Positions 35,350 through 40,625 of a stretch of 40,625 nt of DNA are shown in pieces. The notes beneath the pieces are model-generated. The model saw only the letters and a program-made list of their open reading frames with translations, did no database searches and was not told where the DNA came from. Each line of letters begins with the position of its first letter. Positions within the stretch are counted from its first letter, which is position 1. Origin of the DNA: a virus (taxonomy: Duplodnaviria; Caudoviricetes). Location: positions 1 to 40,625 of IMG/VR virus record IMGVR_UViG_3300034151_000034; one strand, 5' to 3'. The translations under genes were made by a program, and so were the position numbers.

Positions 35350-37383
35350 TCACCAGATCACGGGGCTGATGGTTTGGACCATCAAACTCCGCCTCATCAC
35401 CCACGAGACGTAAATGCTCATTCTTACGGCCACGCTATCTGTTTGGAAAAGTGACCGTTGCGGCGTACCGATTTGTGCAAGCGTCGGCGGCTGCGTCGTA
35501 CCGGACACCAGCGGCAGCGGTGCCGTGTCTTCCTCATGCAACGTCGCATCGGTTGACACCGCAAAGCGTGGGGCATCGCCCGTTGCGCTTGCGAAGTCTT
35601 CCGCATCGACGGCAATCACGCGCGCCGCTGGCACGGTGTTGCTGACGATGAACGACACGCCGAACTTGCTGCCCGCCTGCTGACGATCCGTAAACAGGAA
35701 ATCGCCGGTTGTGGTTTGAGCAAATCCGAGCGCGAGCGCCTGCGCCGGGTTCATCAGGATGGCAACCCTGCGCCCGCCGTTCTGCGCCGTGAGTGCGGCG
35801 ACCAGTGCCTTGAGGTCGGCCACCATCGCTGCGGTCGCCGGGGTTGCCGCCGATGCTGTGATCGGCGTCACACCGTTGAGCAGTCCAGCCGGGCGGGTTG
35901 CCGACGATGCTGTGCTGTCGATCAGGTAGGTGTCGAGCGCAATCGCCGTATCGTCTGCCATGCCCTGCCGAATGATGCCCTCAATGGCGGGTGCGCCGTA
36001 TGATTGCATCTCTTCGGTGAAGGTGCTGATAACCGACAGCTTGGTTGGCTTCAACTCAACCGTGCTGAACGATGCCCGGCGAACCGGCTTGGCGCTGCCT
36101 TCGCCAACCCAGTTTCCGGCGAGCGATCCGATGGTGCCCGGTGCAATTGCCGCGCGCACCGGGATTTTCAGCGTGGCCACGCCGGGCGGGAACGTGTAGC
36201 GCACGCCCAACGCTGCCAACTGATTATAGATACTGGTGGGGATCAGCCGGTCGAGGAACCCGGCATTCGCCGTTTGCACAAGCTCGGCGGCCCAAGTGGC
36301 AACGGTTGTCGTCGCCGGATTGACTGCCGTGCGCAGCACAATGCCGGTCATTTCGTCGTTGCCGTAAAACTCGCGCAGAGCTTTTCCTAGGTCGCGCTCG
36401 TGCGAGGCTTCCGATTTGACCCAGCAAGCCAGCGAGCGAATGACAAGCTCGTTTGGCTCAACCTTCTTTTTGGGCACCGCAAACAAACGCGGCGGCGTGT
36501 CGTCCGTTTTCACCATCTGTCGAGGCGGCGTTACCTCGCGTCCCGGCACCAGGATTTCGCCCTCATGCGGTTTGCTGTTGCCGTTGCTGCCGTTGCTGTC
36601 GCTGTCGCTGCCGTCGATCAGCGCGCGCTCGGCTCGCTGGTGCTTTTCCAGTTCCTTTTTTTGCGCTTCGATTTCGCCGGGCAATTCCTCATATCGCTTG
36701 GTTTCGTCGGCGTTCAGTTCATCCCGGCTCGAAAGGTCTTTAAGCCCTTCGCGCAAGGCATTGAGGTTGGTTTGTGCAGCTTGGATGCGCTGCGATGTGG
36801 TTGACGTGTTCATTTTCTCGGCCCTTGCGGGTGCGAGGGGTTTTGCGGGCTTGCGGTGAACCTGCGACGTGTCTGGATTTTCGTTTGCGGGCTTGCTGAA
36901 AATCCTGGCGAACACTTCGCGCGGCAGTTCCTTGGCAATCGCCAAGGCATTTTCGTTGGCTGGGACACTCACCAAAGAACATTCGAGAAGTTCACTTTTC
37001 TTGAAGCGATAAGGCGGGCCATATTTTTCGCCTTGCTTTAACGGCTCGGCTTGCAACGGTTGGAAGCCGACCGACACGGCACGCAAGATGTTTTGTCGCA
37101 CGAGCGAGCGCACCGCATCGACAAGCGGCGACGTGCCGGGCTCGGCCAGCACCAACCGCCCGATAAGCTTGCCGTTCTTCACCGCCACATCGGCCCATCT
37201 GCCGATGACTTGGTTTTTATCGTGGTTGAACAGCGCGATGGGGTTGCGTTCGGGCGTAAAGTTTTGCAATTGCCAACCGGATTGCTCGATCACGTCGCCC
37301 ATGCGGTCAACGCTCTCGTCGGACATTACGAACAGATCCGCGCTCGCGCCCGGTGGGGGCGCGGCACGTTGGTGCCGTTCCAT
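35350..37383 (-). CDS. Prohead protease-major capsid protein fusion (HK97 fold)
   Basis: VDRMGDVI, NPIALFNHD, AVSVGFQP, ELLECSLVSVPAN protease motifs; then coiled-coil delta domain, WVGEG..KP, PAGLLNG, SLFQTDSVAVR. Confidence 0.93.
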   Translation of the reverse strand: MERHQRAAPPPGASADLFVMSDESVDRMGDVIEQSGWQLQNFTPERNPIALFNHDKNQVIGRWADVAVKNGKLIGRLVLAEPGTSPLVDAVRSLVRQNILRAVSVGFQPLQAEPLKQGEKYGPPYRFKKSELLECSLVSVPANENALAIAKELPREVFARIFSKPANENPDTSQVHRKPAKPLAPARAEKMNTSTTSQRIQAAQTNLNALREGLKDLSSRDELNADETKRYEELPGEIEAQKKELEKHQRAERALIDGSDSDSNGSNGNSKPHEGEILVPGREVTPPRQMVKTDDTPPRLFAVPKKKVEPNELVIRSLACWVKSEASHERDLGKALREFYGNDEMTGIVLRTAVNPATTTVATWAAELVQTANAGFLDRLIPTSIYNQLAALGVRYTFPPGVATLKIPVRAAIAPGTIGSLAGNWVGEGSAKPVRRASFSTVELKPTKLSVISTFTEEMQSYGAPAIEGIIRQGMADDTAIALDTYLIDSTASSATRPAGLLNGVTPITASAATPATAAMVADLKALVAALTAQNGGRRVAILMNPAQALALGFAQTTTGDFLFTDRQQAGSKFGVSFIVSNTVPAARVIAVDAEDFASATGDAPRFAVSTDATLHEEDTAPLPLVSGTTQPPTLAQIGTPQRSLFQTDSVAVRMSIYVSWVMRRSLMVQTISPVIW

Positions 37384-37420
37384 GATGTTGCTCGCTAGTT
37401 TAGGTTGTTAGCTTAACGGT

Positions 37421-37648
37421 TTAGTTTTTCCGCGCGTCAATTGCGGACAGCAGTTTTTTAAGATGGTCCGCTAACGACGGGGCTGGTCTGAGCGCCAGAT
37501 GCAGAAAGCCAAAAAACGCCGTGTTGCCGCCGCCACCCTCGCCCTCCCCGTCCGCGAGAATGACGGTTTCGCCGTTGTCATCGACAAAGTCGCTGATGGC
37601 GTTTTCGTCGATGTAGAAATCTGACTGGTCGAACGTGTAGATCGTCAC
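37421..37648 (-). CDS. Small acidic hypothetical protein
   Basis: GTGA-overlap start; TIYTFDQSDFYIDE. Confidence 0.45.
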   Translation of the reverse strand: MTIYTFDQSDFYIDENAISDFVDDNGETVILADGEGEGGGGNTAFFGFLHLALRPAPSLADHLKKLLSAIDARKN

Positions 37649-38724
37649 GGGTCTTGATCTAAAACGATTGTCCCGCCAGCGCTGTCCCAGGCAGCGAGCG
37701 CCGTATCCCAAGCCGCGTCGGTCCAGTTGTTGCCGCGCAGATAGAGGTTCCCGCCGCTGCCGGTGATGACACCACAATTACTGTGACAGCCATCAATGAT
37801 GCAGATGCCGCCAGTGATGTTTGCGAATTTGGTCGTCGGGCCTGCGTCGGGGTCGTTGAACTGCGTGGCCCCCTTGATGGTCACGATGCCGGTTGACATG
37901 TTGAGAAGGTCGCTTTCGGTGCGGCCCCCGGTAATGCTGACCGGCCAGTTGGCGCTGACAACCACATCGTAGGTGTTGCCCGCCAAAGATGGGCAATGCA
38001 CATGAATAGAGCCGCCCGTGCATTTGTAGCCAGCCGCACAGGAGGAAGCGCCGCCGCCGTTGGTCTGGTTGTTGATCGCCCCGGTGCCGCGCGCCTCAAT
38101 CCCGGCGACCGCGAACTGCGTAACTGTGACGCCGCTAAAGAGGTTGTCGCAGCCCTCATTGTCGGTGTCCGCAATAATTACTCCGTAGCCCCCTTGAGTT
38201 CCACCAGACGCGCCGCTTAGGAGCAAGTCCGAGAAGTGATTACTGTGTAGCCCCTCGCATCCGTTGCCGGTGTCGTCGCCGTCCCAATCAAGATTGATGG
38301 CACACGATCCTGTTCCCTGGGCGCTGATTGTCATCATTTCAATCGTCAGAAACGCCGCGCCGTTGATGTCCAGTGCGATCAAGTTGGTGCCGCTGTCGCG
38401 CGATATGATCGTGCTTTCCACCCCCGCGCCGTAAATGCGCCCGCCGACTACTTTGGTCAGGTCCAGATTGGATGAAAGTTGATAAATCCCATTCGGGAAG
38501 AATACGGGCTTGTTCAAATGCTTGTTGGTCGCGCCGTGCGGGCTTCCAGAACTTCCGAACGCCGCGTTGAAGGCGGCCTGGATCGCTGGCGCGTCATCCA
38601 CCAGCCCGCTCCCAATAGCGCCAAAGTCCTTGACGTTAATAACGTCCCCGAAATGCGCGCCGAGAGTTCTGGCCGTTGTCGCGCCGGTCGCCTTGAACGG
38701 GGCGTTAGCAAGCGCGATGCTCAT
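37645..38724 (-). CDS. Pectate-lyase-3-type right-handed beta-helix protein (paralog B)
   Basis: INVKDFGAIGSGLVDDAPAIQAAF...VFFPNGIY...IYGAG. Confidence 0.85.
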   Translation of the reverse strand: MSIALANAPFKATGATTARTLGAHFGDVINVKDFGAIGSGLVDDAPAIQAAFNAAFGSSGSPHGATNKHLNKPVFFPNGIYQLSSNLDLTKVVGGRIYGAGVESTIISRDSGTNLIALDINGAAFLTIEMMTISAQGTGSCAINLDWDGDDTGNGCEGLHSNHFSDLLLSGASGGTQGGYGVIIADTDNEGCDNLFSGVTVTQFAVAGIEARGTGAINNQTNGGGASSCAAGYKCTGGSIHVHCPSLAGNTYDVVVSANWPVSITGGRTESDLLNMSTGIVTIKGATQFNDPDAGPTTKFANITGGICIIDGCHSNCGVITGSGGNLYLRGNNWTDAAWDTALAAWDSAGGTIVLDQDP

Positions 38725-39803
38725 ATATCCTGTTCCGGGTCAGACACAAAGTCGTCTAGATAGCCCGCATTTTGGAAATCATTACCGCGCAGCCATGCGT
38801 ACGCCGTTGGCGTACAGAACAGGATGCCGTTGGTGGAACGGCATCCATCAATAGTGAAATACGCCGTATCAATATGAGGCTCGCCGTCGTCTTCCCTAAT
38901 CCAGAAGCCGCCCTCGGAAGCGTTGGCGTGATAGACGCTATTGATAAGTCCAACTGCGACAGTTGCGAAGTTCAGGCTGGTACTGTAGCCGCCTGAAATC
39001 ATGATGGCGTTGCGTTCCGCTTGGTGGACATCCACAATCGAGTTATTCCGATAACGACAACCCAGCAGCCAGATCGCGCCCCCGGGTCGGGACGAAACTC
39101 CGATGTCGTTGTTTTCAAAGTAGCAGCCGACCATCGTGTAATCGAGCGCGTTACTGCCTTGGATACGCAACCCGCACGTCGCATCGACAAATCCGCAATT
39201 CACAAACCGTTGCTCGGAAGCAAGCGCGCTATTGGGAGTACCACCCGCATGAAAGCCCGCAAAGAACGCCCCAATCACACCGCCCTTGAATATGCAGTTA
39301 GTGTACGAGTCACCGGTCCCGTCGCTGATAGAGGTGCCTGACCGCGCAAACGTATCGAGCCGGAATGCGGCATCCGCTGTTCCTGCGTCGAACTGTATCC
39401 CCTCAATCCGCGTGTAACACAGCGAGTAGCCAGTCACCATCGCGGTCACGCCGTCCGGCGTTCCGGTATCGGTGCCGGTGTATTCTATGATCGTCTGATG
39501 CGGCCCGTTGCCGTAGATGTGCCCGCCGCGAACGTTGTTCAGGAACAATTGTTGGCTTGTTAGGTATGTCCCGCTCGGAAAATACACCTCCCGGTTAGCT
39601 GACGCCCCGGTGCCGTGCGGGGCACCAGCGGTACCAAACGCAGCATCGAACGCGGCCTGTATCGCAGGGCCGTCATTGGTAGCGCCATCCCCGACAGCAC
39701 CGTAGTCCTTGACGTTAACAGTCTCAGCCCAGCGGGCTTCAAGCGTGCGGTCAACCGTGCCACCCCCTGACGTGAACGATGCGAGCTTGAGGTTGGTGGT
39801 CAC
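38721..39803 (-). CDS. Pectate-lyase-3-type right-handed beta-helix protein (paralog A)
   Basis: VNVKDYGAVGDGATNDGPAIQAAF...VYFPSGTY...IYGNG. Confidence 0.85.
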   Translation of the reverse strand: MTTNLKLASFTSGGGTVDRTLEARWAETVNVKDYGAVGDGATNDGPAIQAAFDAAFGTAGAPHGTGASANREVYFPSGTYLTSQQLFLNNVRGGHIYGNGPHQTIIEYTGTDTGTPDGVTAMVTGYSLCYTRIEGIQFDAGTADAAFRLDTFARSGTSISDGTGDSYTNCIFKGGVIGAFFAGFHAGGTPNSALASEQRFVNCGFVDATCGLRIQGSNALDYTMVGCYFENNDIGVSSRPGGAIWLLGCRYRNNSIVDVHQAERNAIMISGGYSTSLNFATVAVGLINSVYHANASEGGFWIREDDGEPHIDTAYFTIDGCRSTNGILFCTPTAYAWLRGNDFQNAGYLDDFVSDPEQDI

Positions 39804-40549
39804 GGATCAGTTGCGGACTGCGCTAGCGTGCCGTTCAGAGTGAACGCGCCGCCGCTGCCCTTGTTGGTATGCCAACTGGCAGTTTCCCCGGAGAAGAACA
39901 GCGCGGGAGCGGAGCCGGTCGGCGTTGATCCATCCGAACCGAGGTCAACCGGATTACCGCTGCCGTCTATAAACTTTCGGCGGTTCGTTGAATTGGTAAG
40001 GTCTAGGTTAGTCGCGGTATTCAAATAGAAATCGTAAACGTCAAAGTCGGCCTTGGTGGCACCGCCAGAGTTTGCCCCGATAACAAATTCGGTGGTGCTT
40101 GAATATGTAATAGTGGTGTCTGCCGATGCGTTCAGTTGGGTGACGTCAACGTCATTGATATAGAGTTTGATAGTGCCAGAACTGGCCACGTTCCACGACG
40201 CCAGGACATGCACCCAGCCGTCCGCTGCGACTACAGGGATAGTCGAAATCAAAAAGATTGCGCCGCCGCCCTCTAGGACTTGGATTAAGTTGCCGCCACC
40301 GGAATCCCGTCGATGAATGCGGAGCGTCCCGCTTGTATCGGCCAAAAGCAAAACGGCGTTATTTGCGTCGCCGGTGTTGGCGGTGTTGATCCAGCAAGAA
40401 AAGATGCCGAGCTTGCTGTCCGCGCCTATGGACCCAGCCCGCGACAGGTAGTCGTTCGTGCCGTCAAACCTGACGCCGTGGTTGCCGCCACCGGGAGCCG
40501 CAGCCGCAATTCTCGGCCCAATCGCGCCAAGCGCCCGGCGAGACAACAT
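39800..40549 (-). CDS. LamG/concanavalin-like lectin-fold protein
   Basis: VRFDGTNDYL, FSCWI, WVHVLASW, KLYIND, FVIGA. Confidence 0.8.
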   Translation of the reverse strand: MLSRRALGAIGPRIAAAAPGGGNHGVRFDGTNDYLSRAGSIGADSKLGIFSCWINTANTGDANNAVLLLADTSGTLRIHRRDSGGGNLIQVLEGGGAIFLISTIPVVAADGWVHVLASWNVASSGTIKLYINDVDVTQLNASADTTITYSSTTEFVIGANSGGATKADFDVYDFYLNTATNLDLTNSTNRRKFIDGSGNPVDLGSDGSTPTGSAPALFFSGETASWHTNKGSGGAFTLNGTLAQSATDP

Positions 40550-40625
40550 CAGGTGAAATCGCCCACGGCGATGACGGTGACGCCTGCCGCCGTGATAACG
40601 GTCCAGCCCGGCGTTGTTGCGTTGA
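40549..40625 (-). CDS. C-terminal end of an upstream gene (partial)
   Basis: ...GWTVITAAGVTVIAVGDFT*, TGATG-coupled to the LamG gene. Confidence 0.5.
   Translation of the reverse strand, partial: NATTPGWTVITAAGVTVIAVGDFT

Overview
The whole window is one temperate, long non-contractile-tailed (siphovirus-like) phage genome segment. The host is most likely an alphaproteobacterium of the Rhizobiales/Bradyrhizobium type; this is inferred from protein families and promoter motifs, not from a search. Layout: (i) 1-3465, leftward early/replication arm (replication-initiator N-terminus, VRR-NUC nuclease, two ParB-like proteins, Cro-like HTH). (ii) 3686-9627, rightward recombination/accessory arm (YqaJ exonuclease, RecT, Xis-like HTH, DNA methyltransferase, exported proteins). 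(iii) 9984-11490, tyrosine integrase with an apparently intact attP, so probably the excised/virion form. (iv) 11492-15443, a second divergent regulator pair (RHH and XRE) and small accessory genes. (v) 15440-40625, a leftward late operon. In transcription order it runs LamG and two beta-helix proteins, protease-capsid fusion, portal, collagen-like protein, neck, tail tube, frameshifted chaperones, tape measure, tail tip, fibre and lysis genes. No terminase is in the window. The most notable signals are two unrelated exported proteins sharing a (V/I)PGPxVGAGLP-TM-RRRR sorting tail (PEP-CTERM-like), an unannotated 30-aa Asn-Pro peptide boxed by duplicated hairpins behind a sigma-EcfG-type promoter, a Cro junction with no CI, a hairpin plus rrn-boxA-like leader, and apparent absence of three 6-bp palindromes. 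All calls come from reading motifs by eye; no database search was run.
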